Below, one piece after another: positions 1 through 9,567 of a stretch of 64,000 bases of DNA. The DNA lies in NCBI GenBank assembly GCA_963842525.1, contig CAWJGT010000019.1:96001-160000 (forward strand), given 5' to 3'. The notes beneath the pieces were generated by a model. That model was given only the letters and a program-made list of their open reading frames with translations, was not told where the DNA came from and ran no database searches. Numbering within the stretch: the stretch's first letter is position 1; each line of letters starts with the position of its first letter. The translations under genes were made by a program, and so were the position numbers. This DNA is from an uncultured Holophagales bacterium (lineage in GTDB: Bacteria > Acidobacteriota > Thermoanaerobaculia > Multivoradales > UBA5704).

Positions 1-281
1 GAAGGGCAGGAATGAGGCCGCCCGTCCCGTGCTACCATCGCCTCTGGGAGGGTGCGTGGGCGAAGGTCAGAGGAGATCTGACGAAAGCGATATGGACGAC
101 GGACCTAGTCGAAACGTTCTGAGCGCTCTTTGTGCATCGGCAGCCCCCGTGGCCTGGTCCGCGAGGGGAAGGCGCCGGCTCCTCATCCGGCGGGCCTGAC
201 GGGGCCCGTCGCATAGCCGTCTCCTGACCCCCGCCGCCGCGCGGGGGTTTCCCCGGCACAGGGGATGACAGGAGGCAGGCG

Positions 282-1529
282 ATGCTCTTCCTCACGTCCA
301 TGATGGACCGGCCGGTCCAGGGGAAGACCGGCGAGGCCCTCGGCAAGCTCGAAGACCTGATCGTCCGCATCGGCGACGAGCAGTATCCGCCCTACCCGCC
401 GATCACCGGCCTCGTCGTGCGCGACGGCCGCCGCCGCTTCTTCGTCCCGGCGCGGCTCCTCCAGTCGCTGAACGGCACGGTGCGCCTGACCTCCTCCACC
501 GTCGACCTGCAGCCGTTCGCGCGCCGCCACGGCGAGGTGCTCCTCCGGCGCGACGTGCTCGACCACCAGCTCATCGACGTGACCGGACGGCGCATCGTGC
601 GGGTCAACGACGTCCAGCTCGCCGGAATCGAAGGGAGCTTCCGCATCGTCGGAGTGGACATCAGCCCGCAGGCGCTGCTGCGCCGCCTTGGGCCGCGCCT
701 CCTGGCGGGCCGGATCGTCGGCCGCCAGGTCGTCGACTGGACCGGCGTCCAGTACCTGGCGAGCACCGCGCCGGTCCAGCTCAAGGTCTCCTACGACCGC
801 CTCGCCGAGCTGAACCCGGTGGACCTCGCCCGCATCGTCGACGCGCTGTCCGTCCGCGAGGGCGCCGAGATCGTCGCCGCCCTGGACGAGGAGCGGGCGG
901 CCGAGACCCTGGAAGAGGTCAGCGACGAGCGCCTGGCCGACCTGCTCGAAGGGATGGACCACGAGCGCGCCGCCGACATCCTGGAGGAGATGGCCCCCGG
1001 CGCTGCCGCCGACGCCCTCGAGGACCTGGACGCCGAGAAGGCCGAGCAGATCCTCGCCAGCATGGAGCCCGAAGAGGCCGCCGACGTCCAGGCCCATCTC
1101 GCCTACGACGAGGACAGCGCCGGCCGCATCATGACCACCGACTTCGTGCGCGTGCCGGTGGATGCCACCGTCGGCCAGGCCCTGTCGATCGTGCGCACCA
1201 TGGAGGAGGTCCCGGACCCGCTCCTCGCCGTCTATGCCGTGGCGGCCGAGAACCCCGACACCCTCCTCGGCATCGTGCGGCTGCGCAGCCTGATCCTCGC
1301 CGATTGGGCCACGCCGATCGCCGACCTGATGGACGAGGACGTGCCGACCGTCCGGCCCGACGACCGCGCCGAGGACGCGGCCCGCGTGCTCGCCGAGTAC
1401 AACCTGCTGGCCGTCCCGGTCCTCGACGAGGCGGAGCGGCTGATCGGCATCGTGACCGTGGACGACGCCCTTGCCGTCCTCCTCCCCGAGGTCTGGCAGC
1501 GCCGCGGGGCGAGGGCCTTCGCCGCGTAG
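282..1529 (+). CDS. MgtE-like cytosolic protein (PRC-barrel-like N-terminus, MgtE_N helical domain, CBS pair; no membrane domain)
   Basis: Motifs YDEDSAGRIMTTDFV and YNLLAVPVLDEAERLIGIVTVDD are typical of the MgtE N-domain and CBS pair; GGAGG RBS upstream; ORF ends before any TM region. Confidence 0.9.
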   Translation: MLFLTSMMDRPVQGKTGEALGKLEDLIVRIGDEQYPPYPPITGLVVRDGRRRFFVPARLLQSLNGTVRLTSSTVDLQPFARRHGEVLLRRDVLDHQLIDVTGRRIVRVNDVQLAGIEGSFRIVGVDISPQALLRRLGPRLLAGRIVGRQVVDWTGVQYLASTAPVQLKVSYDRLAELNPVDLARIVDALSVREGAEIVAALDEERAAETLEEVSDERLADLLEGMDHERAADILEEMAPGAAADALEDLDAEKAEQILASMEPEEAADVQAHLAYDEDSAGRIMTTDFVRVPVDATVGQALSIVRTMEEVPDPLLAVYAVAAENPDTLLGIVRLRSLILADWATPIADLMDEDVPTVRPDDRAEDAARVLAEYNLLAVPVLDEAERLIGIVTVDDALAVLLPEVWQRRGARAFAA

Positions 1530-1530
1530 C

Positions 1531-2769
1531 ATGGGCCGGCCCGCGCACCGCCGCCTCTGGCCCTACCTGCTGGCGCTCGGCCCCGGGCTGCTCGCGGCCA
1601 GCGCGGGCAACGACGCCGGCGGCATCGCCACCTATGCATCGGCCGGGGCCTCCTACGGCTATGGCCTGCTCTGGGCTCTGGTCCTCGTCACCGTCTTCGT
1701 CGGCGTGGTCCAGGAGATGAGCGCCCGCATGGGCGCCGTCACCGGCAAGGGCTTCTCCGACCTGATCCGCGAGAGCTTCTCGCTGCGCACCACGGCCCTG
1801 ATCCTGCTGACCCTACTGGTCGCCAACCTGGGGATTATTGCTTCAGAATTCATCGGCATCGCTGCCGCAGCCGAGCTGTTCGGCGTCAGCCGGTACGTGG
1901 CCGTGCCGCTCGCGGCGGTGCTGGTCTGGCTGTTGATCGTCCGCGGCAGCTATGGCTGGGTGGAAAAGGTCTTCCTCGTCCTCTCCCTCGCCTTCCTGGC
2001 CTATGTCGGCGCCGCGTTCCTCGCCCGGCCCGACTGGGGAGAGGTCCTGGCGCAGACCGTGCGCCCTCAGGTGCGGCTGGAGGTCGGCTACCTCTACCTG
2101 CTCATCGCGCTGATCGGCACGACGATCTCCCCCTACATGCAGCTCTACGTGCAGTCCTCCGTGGTGGAGAAGGGGGTCACGCCGGCCGACTACCGCTACA
2201 CGCGCTTCGACGTGATCGCCGGCACCGTCTTCGCGGGCCTCGTGGCCGCCTTCATCATCATCGCCACCGCAGCGACCCTCCATCCGCGCGGGATCCGCAT
2301 CGAGACCGCGGCCGACGCCGCCCTGGCCCTGGAGCCCATCGCGGGACCCTACGCGCGCGTGCTCTTCGCGCTCGGCCTCCTCGGCGCCTCGTTGCTGGCC
2401 GCGGGCGTCCTCCCCCTGGCGACGACCTACATGCTGAGCGAGGCGCTGGGCTTCGAGCGAGGAGTGTCGCGAACCTGGTCCGAAGCCCCGATCTTCATGG
2501 GGATCTTCACCGGTCTGATCGTCCTGGGAGCCGCCGTGGCCCTCCTCCCCGGCCTGCCGCTGGTCCAGGTCCTGATCGGCGTCTACGTCCTGAACGGCGT
2601 CCTGCTGCCCGTCGAGCTCTTCGCCATCCTGCGCCTGATCAACGACCGCGAGCTGATGGGTGCCCACGTCAACCGGCCGCTCCACAACCTCCTCGCCTGG
2701 GGCATCGCGATCCTGGTCAGCGTGCTCTCTCTGGCCCTGATCGTCCTCCATGTGCTCGACTGGCTTTGA
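1531..2769 (+). CDS. Nramp-family divalent metal transporter (Nramp-related Mg2+ transporter-like)
   Basis: GPGLLAASAGNDAGGIATY, QEMSARMGAVTGKG and GTTISPY motifs; about 11 hydrophobic segments; ATG 1 nt after the upstream stop codon. Confidence 0.9.
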   Translation: MGRPAHRRLWPYLLALGPGLLAASAGNDAGGIATYASAGASYGYGLLWALVLVTVFVGVVQEMSARMGAVTGKGFSDLIRESFSLRTTALILLTLLVANLGIIASEFIGIAAAAELFGVSRYVAVPLAAVLVWLLIVRGSYGWVEKVFLVLSLAFLAYVGAAFLARPDWGEVLAQTVRPQVRLEVGYLYLLIALIGTTISPYMQLYVQSSVVEKGVTPADYRYTRFDVIAGTVFAGLVAAFIIIATAATLHPRGIRIETAADAALALEPIAGPYARVLFALGLLGASLLAAGVLPLATTYMLSEALGFERGVSRTWSEAPIFMGIFTGLIVLGAAVALLPGLPLVQVLIGVYVLNGVLLPVELFAILRLINDRELMGAHVNRPLHNLLAWGIAILVSVLSLALIVLHVLDWL

Positions 2770-2855
2770 GATCTGGCCGCGTGCTTCGCGACGGCGGCAA
2801 GGAGCATCTCCCAGTCCTGGAAGGTGCCGTCCTGACTGTTGTGTTTCCTGGGCAT
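2766..2855 (-). pseudogene. 5' remnant of a small helical protein, paralog of 2941..3345
   Basis: RBS AAAGGAAAG then MPRKHNSQDGTFQDWEMLLAAVAKHA, which resembles MPNSFNDVTGDWTGLNESV; the frame then runs into the antisense strand of the Nramp gene. Confidence 0.5.
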
Positions 2856-2893
2856 GATACGCTTTCCTTTCTCGTTGAAGGTTCCTGGGCTCC

Positions 2894-2927
2894 AAAAAGG
2901 GGAGGCGTGCCGTCAACACGCCCCCCC
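2894..2927 (-). terminator. Rho-independent terminator
   Basis: Hairpin GGGGAGGCGTG/CACGCCCCCCC with an A5 run on the + strand (U-tract on -), just after the stop of 2941..3345. Confidence 0.65.
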
Positions 2928-2940
2928 GGGGTCTAGGGGA

Positions 2941-3345
2941 CTACGGGACCTGCTGGTCGGGCGGGGAGGCTGTCGTCCCCGAGATGCTCGTCTCGGGAGT
3001 CTCCCCGTCCGGCGGCTTCACCGGCTTGCGCGGGCGCTTGCGGATCGGCGCCACCTTGAACTGCACGAGGCGCTCGTTCTTCGGGCCGATCTTCGCCCGG
3101 ATCATCGAGCGGACCCGGATCGCGACCTCCTTGCCCTGGGTCAACGCCGCGTGAAGCTGCTGCGTGACCTCCTGCCGCAGACCGCGAAGCTCGTCCTGGC
3201 GCGCCTTCAAGGCATGTACTGTCTCCAGCCACTGCACCAGGGTCAGGCGTTCCGTGTCGAGGACGGACTGAAGATCGGGGCTCAGCAGAACCGATTCGTT
3301 CAGCCCCGTCCAGTCGCCGGTGACATCGTTGAACGAGTTAGGCAT
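2941..3345 (-). CDS. Small helical/coiled-coil hypothetical protein (134 aa) with basic, Pro-rich tail
   Basis: RBS GAAAGGAGG before ATG at 3345; helical body, then IGPKNERLVQFKVAPIRKRPRKP. Confidence 0.75.
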   Translation of the reverse strand: MPNSFNDVTGDWTGLNESVLLSPDLQSVLDTERLTLVQWLETVHALKARQDELRGLRQEVTQQLHAALTQGKEVAIRVRSMIRAKIGPKNERLVQFKVAPIRKRPRKPVKPPDGETPETSISGTTASPPDQQVP

Positions 3346-3359
3346 GACGTTCCTCCTTT

Positions 3360-3635
3360 CTACGCGGCCCCGGGCGGGCCGCTGGGAAGGTTGATGGTGA
3401 CCGCCATGCCCGAGAGCTCGATCGACACCGGCTGCGACCGGTTGACGGCGAGCTCGTAGACGTAGGCGGTGTCCTCCACCGCCTCGACGGTCTGCGGCGT
3501 CTGGACCCGCTCCGCCTTGAGCCGGAGCTCGAGGCCGTCGGTCAGAACGGTCAGGCTCTCCTGCACCCGTTCCGCCTTCAGCCCCGCTTCGTTCGGGTCC
3601 TGCGACAGGATCGGTACAACATGCTTCGTCTCCAT
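3360..3635 (-). CDS. Hypothetical protein (91 aa) with duplicated LKAERVQ motif
   Basis: RBS GAAAGGAGAA before ATG at 3635; downstream of a near-consensus promoter. Confidence 0.6.
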   Translation of the reverse strand: METKHVVPILSQDPNEAGLKAERVQESLTVLTDGLELRLKAERVQTPQTVEAVEDTAYVYELAVNRSQPVSIELSGMAVTINLPSGPPGAA

Positions 3636-3741
3636 ACAGCTTCTCCTTTCGGACAATCCGGGCCTTCATGGCCACGGAAACCTGGTCCACCGTAACGACA
3701 GCTTCCTCGGGACAGCCATCGATCCACTTACTGTCGGATCG

Positions 3742-3780
3742 CTGGTCTGGATAGTAGACCAGATAATTTCAGACTGTCAA
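3742..3780 (-). promoter_or_regulatory. Sigma70-type promoter with overlapping inverted repeat
   Basis: TTGACA (3775-3780), 18 nt, TACTAT (3751-3756) on the - strand; inverted repeat CTGGTCT-N7-AGACCAG (3742-3762) brackets the -10. Confidence 0.65.
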
Positions 3781-3863
3781 CAGTTTTCTTGGGACGATCT
3801 GAAGAGAAGATCCGAGACGGTTTTTTGCTCGCCGGACGTAGGAGTGAGGCGGAGTTGGCGCTG

Positions 3864-6800
3864 TTATGCGCCAGACAGACCGTAGCGTGCCTGGATTCGC
3901 CGGATCTGGTCCGCTTCCGGAATGCGGAGGCGTTCGGCATCCTGGAGGGCTCTCACGAGTAGCTCGGCCGCCCGCTCGTGGTCGCCCTCCTCACCCCGGT
4001 CGAGGTAGATCGAGGCGATGTTGGCCCAGGTCACCAGACGGCTCCGGACATCGCCGAGTCTTTCGTAGACGGAGAGCTCTTCCTCCCGACGGATCTGCAG
4101 GGCTTCGTTGAGCTGCCCCTGCGTTTGCAGGATTTCGGCGATCCTGCCGAGAGCCGCGGCGCGCGAGCGCACATCGCCGAGCCTTTCGAAAACGGGGAGC
4201 ACTTCCTCCTGACGGATCTTCAGGGCTTCGTCGAACTGACCCCGAGATTGCAGGATGTCGGCGATCTTGCCGAGAGTCACGGCTCGCTCCCGCACGTCGC
4301 CAAGCCTTTCGTAGACCGGGAGCTGCTCCTCCTGGCGGATCTTCAGGGCCTCGTCGAGCTGACCCCGAGATTTCAGGATGTCGGCGATCTTGCCGAGAGT
4401 CACGGCTCGCTCCCGCACGTCACCGAGCCTTTCGAAGACCGGGAGCTCTTCCTCCTGCCGGATCTTCAGCGCCTCATCGAGCTGACCCCGAGACTGCAGG
4501 ATGTCGGCGATCTGGCCGAGAGTCACAGCGCGATTCCGCACGTGGCCGAGCTTTTCGAGGATGGGGAGCACTTCCTCTTGCCAGATCCTCAGGGCCTCGT
4601 CGAGCTGACCCCGGGTTTGCAGAATGTTGGCTGCAAGATTCCGAGCCTGGGCAACCTCACGCTCATCCTCACGCCGGCGGTCAACGTCGGCCTTCTCCTG
4701 GGCCGCAGCGAATGCGCGGTCCATCGCCCCAGCCTGCCTAGAGACCCAGCCGAGGGTCCAGAGAAAAGCCGACCTCTCGTCATCGGACGGTCCCTGTCGC
4801 AAGGCTGCCTCACAGAGCTCGGCCCATGCCCGGAAGGGTCCGTTCATCCAGGCGTACTCCCTCCCGGCCGTCCGTACCCGAGCCCGTTCGGCCGGCGGGA
4901 CGAGAGGCAGCCAGGCGGCCAAAGCCAAGTGCTCGGCATTGACCTCTCCCCAGGCTCGCCCCTGCTCCGTTTCCTGGCCGTGGGGGAGCCGCGGCAGCCG
5001 GGCTACGAACCATTCGGTCATGCGATGCGCTTCCGCACGGTCGCTTCCTTCTCGCAACAGCTCCGCGATCATGGGGTGGATACGCCATGCGCCGTCCGGC
5101 CGCTCGTTGCGAGAGACCGGGAGGAGAAGCGACAGCCGCTGGGCGTGGACTACGAGCTCTTCCATCTCGTCCTCCCCGAGCCCCGCCAGGGCGGCGCCCA
5201 GGCTCCTTCCGAAGCCGGTCAGCGGCGCATGCCCCAGTGCGCGCAGACCGGCGAGGAGATGGCTGGCGGCTTCCCCCAGCTCTGCTGTCAGGATCTCCAG
5301 CGAGATCTCGACGCTCGCCGTGAGAATCGTCCGCGCTTCCTGGGAGCCTTCGGCGACCACTCCGGCGCGGTGGAAGGGTTCCACCCGCAGCCCTTTGACA
5401 TGCAGCTTGCCCAGGAGGCCCGCGGCCGTGCCTCCGTGCCGCAGGTAACCGGCGGCGAGGTGGATTGCCAGCGGGAGCGCGCCGAGAGCCGCGACCAGGT
5501 TGCGGTGCTCCTGGCCCTCCTGCGGCGTAGCGGGCTCGCGTTCGAGCTCGGTCCAGAGCTGCTCCAGGGCCGTTTCTTCCGGAAAAGGTGCGATGCGGAG
5601 CGGACGCCACCCCTCCTCCCAACCCAGATCCTGGAGCCGGCCGGTGATCACCAAGGCGCAACCGCGCAGACCGCGCAGCAGGCGGATCACCTCCCGCTCG
5701 GCGGCCGGGGAGTCGACGTTCTCCACATGGACCAGGGTGCGCGGCTGGAGGAGCCGCTCCCGCAGGGTCGCTTCCAGCTCGGCTTCGCCCGCCCGCAGCT
5801 CCAGCCGGTCGGCAAGTTCCTGGCGCAGGGACTGAACCGCGGCCGGGGCCTGAGGGTCCACCACCAGCCGGACGTAGCCGCCAGGGAACCGGCCGGCGTT
5901 CTCATGGGCGAAGCGGTCCGCCAGATAGGACTTGCCCACTCCGGGCATGCCCTCCACGGCACAGACCGCCACCGGCCGGGCGTCTGCCGATTCGGGTAGC
6001 AGCAGCTCTTCGAGGCGCCCCAGCTCCTCGCGGCGGCCGACGAAGAGCTGCGTCACCCGCTCCGGCACCTCCGGCGGGCCGGTCCGGGGGCGCACCTGCC
6101 AGATCGCCCAGCCGTTCCGGCTCTGGCGGTAAAGGCTCGGATCGTCGAACCAGAAGCCGCTCCGGGGGCTCCAACCGCGGAAGCGCAGAGCTACGCTTTC
6201 CAGCCGGCCGGCGTCGTCGAGGTCCATCTCGAGGCGGTGCAGGCGTTGGGCCACTGGTCGGCCCGCCCTCCTTCGTAGAGACAGCCGGCGGCGGACTGTC
6301 GCAGGCGGCGGTCCGGGTCCGCCCATTCCGAAACCTCCGGCTCGTGGAGATGCCCGCGCAGGATGAGATCGACCCACTCCCCCAGGAGACGCCGGACCTC
6401 CGGCCCATCGGCCAGAGCGCTCAACGGATGGTGCACCAGGGCCAGCCGCAGGCCCGGCAGGTCGCCGTCCGGACCGCTGCACAGACGCCCTACCTGGTCC
6501 TGGGTCAGGAGCACCTTGCCTTCGTCGTTGTCGTCCCCGCACAGCCAGGCCGAATCCAGGCCGATGACGTGGACGTCGAAAGGGAGCCCCGGCAGCCGCA
6601 ACGTCTGGCGGTAGCCGAGATTCGGGTGGAGACCGGGGTCTGGCAAGAGCGCCTCGCGGCCGAGCTCCCCAAGCCATGCCCGGTAATCCGCCTGGCGGGT
6701 GAGGAGACGGTCCCTCTGCGCGTCGCGGAAGCTGCCGTCCTGGTCCTCGCCCATCATCCATCGGGAGAGGTCGAGACGGTCCCGCGAGACCGCCTTGGGG

Positions 6801-7126
6801 CGGAGAGACCGCCAGAGCCTCTCCTCCGTCTTCCGGTTGATGTCATGGTTGCCGGGGATGACGAAAAGGCGGTCCCGCGAGAGGCCGAGCGCGGAGAGCG
6901 TCTCACCCAGCAGATCGCCCGCCCGCGAGAATTCCCCGGCAAGACCCCAATCCGCCGCATCCCCGGTAAAGCAGACCAGGTCGATCGGCCCGCGGTCCTG
7001 GATATCCTTGAGGTTGTCGAGCCATGCCTGGCCCAGGACACGCCGGCGCCGCCAAGTCTCCTTCTCCCGGGAGCCGCGCTCGTGCAGGTCGGAGAGATGC
7101 AGGAGCCGCAGTTTGTGGCTGGCCAT
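3864..7126 (-). CDS. Calcineurin-like metallophosphoesterase + NB-ARC/STAND ATPase + TPR protein (one apparent frameshift near 6240)
   Basis: LHLSDLH, FTGD, IPGNHD, HHP and GHLH phosphoesterase motifs; Walker A GMPGVGKS; ALPLAIHLAAGYL; TPR repeats. Restoring one C near 6240 joins WPNAC to HRLEMDLDD. Confidence 0.85.
3990..4640 (-). repeat. About 5 near-identical 123-bp (41-aa) TPR-coding tandem repeats
   Basis: Unit RGQLDEALKIRQEEELPVFERLGDVRERAVTLGKIADILKS; GCTGACCCCG recurs at 4358 and 4481. Confidence 0.9.
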
Positions 7127-7280
7127 GTGCCCTAAGAATATCGGAAGAGCTGTGCCACGGTCTGGGGGGGAAGCCCCGCAGGGGCGCAGGCATAAAGATG
7201 CTATGCAGGGCGAGGGGGTGCAAGAGCGGGGCCGCTGGTTGTATGTTTCGGGGAACTTAGCGTTTGAAAGGGGAACCCCG

Positions 7281-8420
7281 ATGAACCAGACAGCCCAGAA
7301 GGCAGAGTTTACGCGAACGGAGAGAGCATTGCACGTGGCATTGGAGCTGGGCGGTAGCGAGTGGAAGTTGGCTTTTGCTGCGGAGGCTGGCCCGAAACCT
7401 CGGCTGCGCTCGGTGGCGGCCGGGGATCTCAACGGGCTGATGTTGGAGATCGGACGCGCCAAACACCGTTTCGGTTTACCGGAAACAACTCCTGTCGTGA
7501 GTTGCTACGAGGCAGGCCGGGATGGATTCTGGCTTCACCGGTTCTTGCTGCTGGAGGGTGTGGAGAACGTTGTGGTGGACTCCTCGAGCATCGAGGTGAA
7601 TCGTCGGGCTCGGCGGGCGAAGACGGACCGGGTTGACGCTGAGAAGTTGCTGTCGCTGCTGATCCGCTACGCGGCAGGTGAAAGAAAAGTGTTCGGTGTG
7701 GCGCATGCGCCGACGCCGGAGCAGGAGGATGTGCGCCACCTGGGTCGAGAGTTGGAGGGCCTGAAGCAGGAGCGGACGGCCCACACCAATCGGATCAAGT
7801 CCTTGCTGGTGAGCCTTGGAATCCGGGTGAAGGTAGGCAAGGGGTTTGCGCAGCAGTTGGAGCAGTTGCGGCAGTGGAACGGCGAGCCGCTGCTGCCAGT
7901 CTTGCGGGAGCGTCTGCGTCGGGAAGTCGAGCGGCTGGAGCTTCTGGAGAGTCAGATCAAGGAGTTGGAGCAAACTCGGCAGCGGGCCGAAGCCGCGTCC
8001 AGAGAGGGCGGGATGGTGCAGCGGCTGAAAAAGCTCAAGGCCATCGGCGACAACAGCGCCTGGTTGTTCGTCCTGGAATTTTTTGGCTGGCGGCAGTTCC
8101 GGAATCGCCGTGAGGTAGGCAGCTTGGCTGGGTTGACGCCGATGCCCTACAAGAGCGGCACGACGGTGGACCACGAGCAGGGGATCAGTAAGTCCGGCAA
8201 TGTGCGGGTGCGTACGATGTCGATCGAGATCGCCTGGGCGTGGTTGCGGTTCCAGCCGCAGAGCCGCTTGAGCTTATGGTTCCAGGGGCGCTATGGCCCT
8301 GGGAACCGGCGCTCGCGACGGGTAGGGATCGTGGCCCTGGCGCGCAAGCTTCTGACCGCGCTGTGGCGCTACTTGGACCAAGGGATCATTCCTGATGGCG
8401 CTGAGCTGAAGGCCAGGTAA
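7281..8420 (+). CDS. IS110-family transposase/recombinase
   Basis: HVALELG, SCYEAGRDGFWLHRFL, RRAKTDRVDA, AGLTPMPYKSG, GISKSGN and VALARKL motifs (DEDD RuvC-like domain plus Tnp_20 domain). Confidence 0.95.
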   Translation: MNQTAQKAEFTRTERALHVALELGGSEWKLAFAAEAGPKPRLRSVAAGDLNGLMLEIGRAKHRFGLPETTPVVSCYEAGRDGFWLHRFLLLEGVENVVVDSSSIEVNRRARRAKTDRVDAEKLLSLLIRYAAGERKVFGVAHAPTPEQEDVRHLGRELEGLKQERTAHTNRIKSLLVSLGIRVKVGKGFAQQLEQLRQWNGEPLLPVLRERLRREVERLELLESQIKELEQTRQRAEAASREGGMVQRLKKLKAIGDNSAWLFVLEFFGWRQFRNRREVGSLAGLTPMPYKSGTTVDHEQGISKSGNVRVRTMSIEIAWAWLRFQPQSRLSLWFQGRYGPGNRRSRRVGIVALARKLLTALWRYLDQGIIPDGAELKAR

Positions 8421-8464
8421 GGATCAAGAGGCAGAAAGTGTGACCGCAAAATAGGAGATTTCAG

Positions 8465-8660
8465 GCTGGGAGGAGCGTGCCCGGCGCCAGGCTGGGTTCG
8501 GTTTCGAGCCGCCATTAAAGATGGGGCCGCTCCGTTTGCTTGCCCGAGTCGCTCGCAGCGCATGCTGCATTTGGTGCCCTCTCCAGGAAATTGAGGGAGG
8601 TCAGCACGGATAGAAGCTTGACGGGGACTACGGTTCCTGGCGCAATCGGCAAGCCCCAGA
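8465..8660 (+). ncRNA. Putative IS110 bridge/seek RNA with target- and donor-binding loops
   Basis: Stems GGAGCG/CGCTCC and GCTTGCC/GGCAAGC enclose loops carrying CCAGGCT and TAAAG (target matches) and GCATTT and ATAGAAG (circle-junction matches). Boundaries approximate. Confidence 0.65.
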
Positions 8661-8801
8661 CGGGATCGCATTTGAGGTAGGAGAAACAGCACCTTGCTGC
8701 CGGGGAAGCCCCGGGCAACAAACCTCAGGCGGCATTCAGGAAGGAGACGAAACGCAGACCCACTTACCCGAAACGCTTGACAACGGGGGCCCACATAGAA
8801 G

Positions 8802-8991
8802 CCTGGGGTTTCAACCCCAGGTTGGGCCACCCCAAACATCCCGAAGTCCCGAAGGGACGCCGGCGAATCCACCACCCTCGCGGGGTTGTCACCCCGCGGC
8901 CATGCCGTCGCCCCTTCAGGGCTGTGGGTCAATATTGGGCCTCGGTCCTGGGGTTGAAACCCCAGGCTTTACGCCTATGCCCCTTCGGGGC
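8802..8991. repeat. REP/REPIN-like palindromic element (left part at 7173-7197, split by the IS)
   Basis: Inverted CCTGGGGTTTCAACCCCAGG / CCTGGGGTTGAAACCCCAGG arms with GCCCC-NNN-GGGGC hairpins. Confidence 0.85.
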
Positions 8992-9154
8992 TCCTCACGA
9001 GGCCCCGGTGATCGCCCGAACCTTCGAGGGCTTCCTTCCCGCGGCAGGTGTGCGTTTCTGTCAAACTCAGAGGGGTCGGCAAGCAACAGATGCCGTGTCC
9101 GCGGACCGCCGAGCCATGGCGGCCCGGCATGTGCCGCGGAGGAGGAGGGAAGGT

Positions 9155-9442
9155 ATGTCTCGTCGCCATGTCTCTTGTCTCGTTCTGATTGGAGTCCTGA
9201 TCTCGACCCTGGCGTTTGCCGGACCCGTCCATGCCCAAGCCGCGGACCAAAGCGGATCGGCCGGCGTTCTGGGATGGTTCAGCAGCCTGTGGAATAGTGT
9301 TGTGGCTGCGATCTGGCCTGCCACGGCGGCACCGACCTCAGACTGCGGCCCTGGAGTTTGATCCGAACGGCTGCCCACCTCCAGGAGTGCGGCTCAAGCG
9401 GGCCAAGGGGACATTGGCCCGGGCTTCGACCCCAACGGTTAG
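9155..9442 (+). CDS. Small secreted precursor peptide with two D-x-GPGFDPNG motifs (two compensating indels near 9356 and 9388)
   Basis: RBS GGAGGAGG; signal peptide ending VHA-QA; DCGPG/FDPNG spans a +1 shift; terminal DIGPGFDPNG-TAG is in the start frame (288 nt total). Confidence 0.7.
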
Positions 9443-9567
9443 GCAAGCCGGAGCCGTCGATGCGGGGCGCGCGGCCCTGTGGTGAAGTCGCCCGGGTGGA
9501 AAGCCTGCACACGAGGCGCAGCCTTGTGAGAGAATCTTCGCGTCAGCTAAAGCCAAGGAGAGCATCG

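Larger units (their letters stand above)
7198..8801 (+). mobile_element. IS110-family (IS1111-like layout) insertion sequence inserted in a REP arm
   Basis: Flanks GCCCCGCAGGGGCGCAGGCATAAAG and CCTGGGGTTTCAACCCCAGG rejoin to a REP arm matching the reverse complement of 8947-8991; AG core at 7196-7197 and 8800-8801; imperfect subterminal IR (CTATGCAGGGC / GCCCACATAG); long 3' non-coding end. Confidence 0.88.

Noticed and set aside
1-281. Possible M-box (ykoK) Mg2+ riboswitch upstream of the MgtE-like gene
   Set aside because: Hairpins are present, but I could not find the conserved M-box sequence blocks; an Rfam covariance search would be needed.
7143-7157. Sigma54-like TGGCAC-N5-TTCC upstream of the NLR-like gene
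   Set aside because: The -12 element lacks the conserved GC, and no activator gene is nearby.
6699-7280. N-terminal extension of the 573-aa IS110 ORF
   Set aside because: It lies antisense to the phosphoesterase gene and crosses the IS boundary; the real start is ATG 7281.
8777-8801. Junction promoter formed on IS circularisation (TTGACA at 8777)
   Set aside because: The -35 is perfect, but no good -10 appears at 16-18 nt across the predicted junction, so it was not called.
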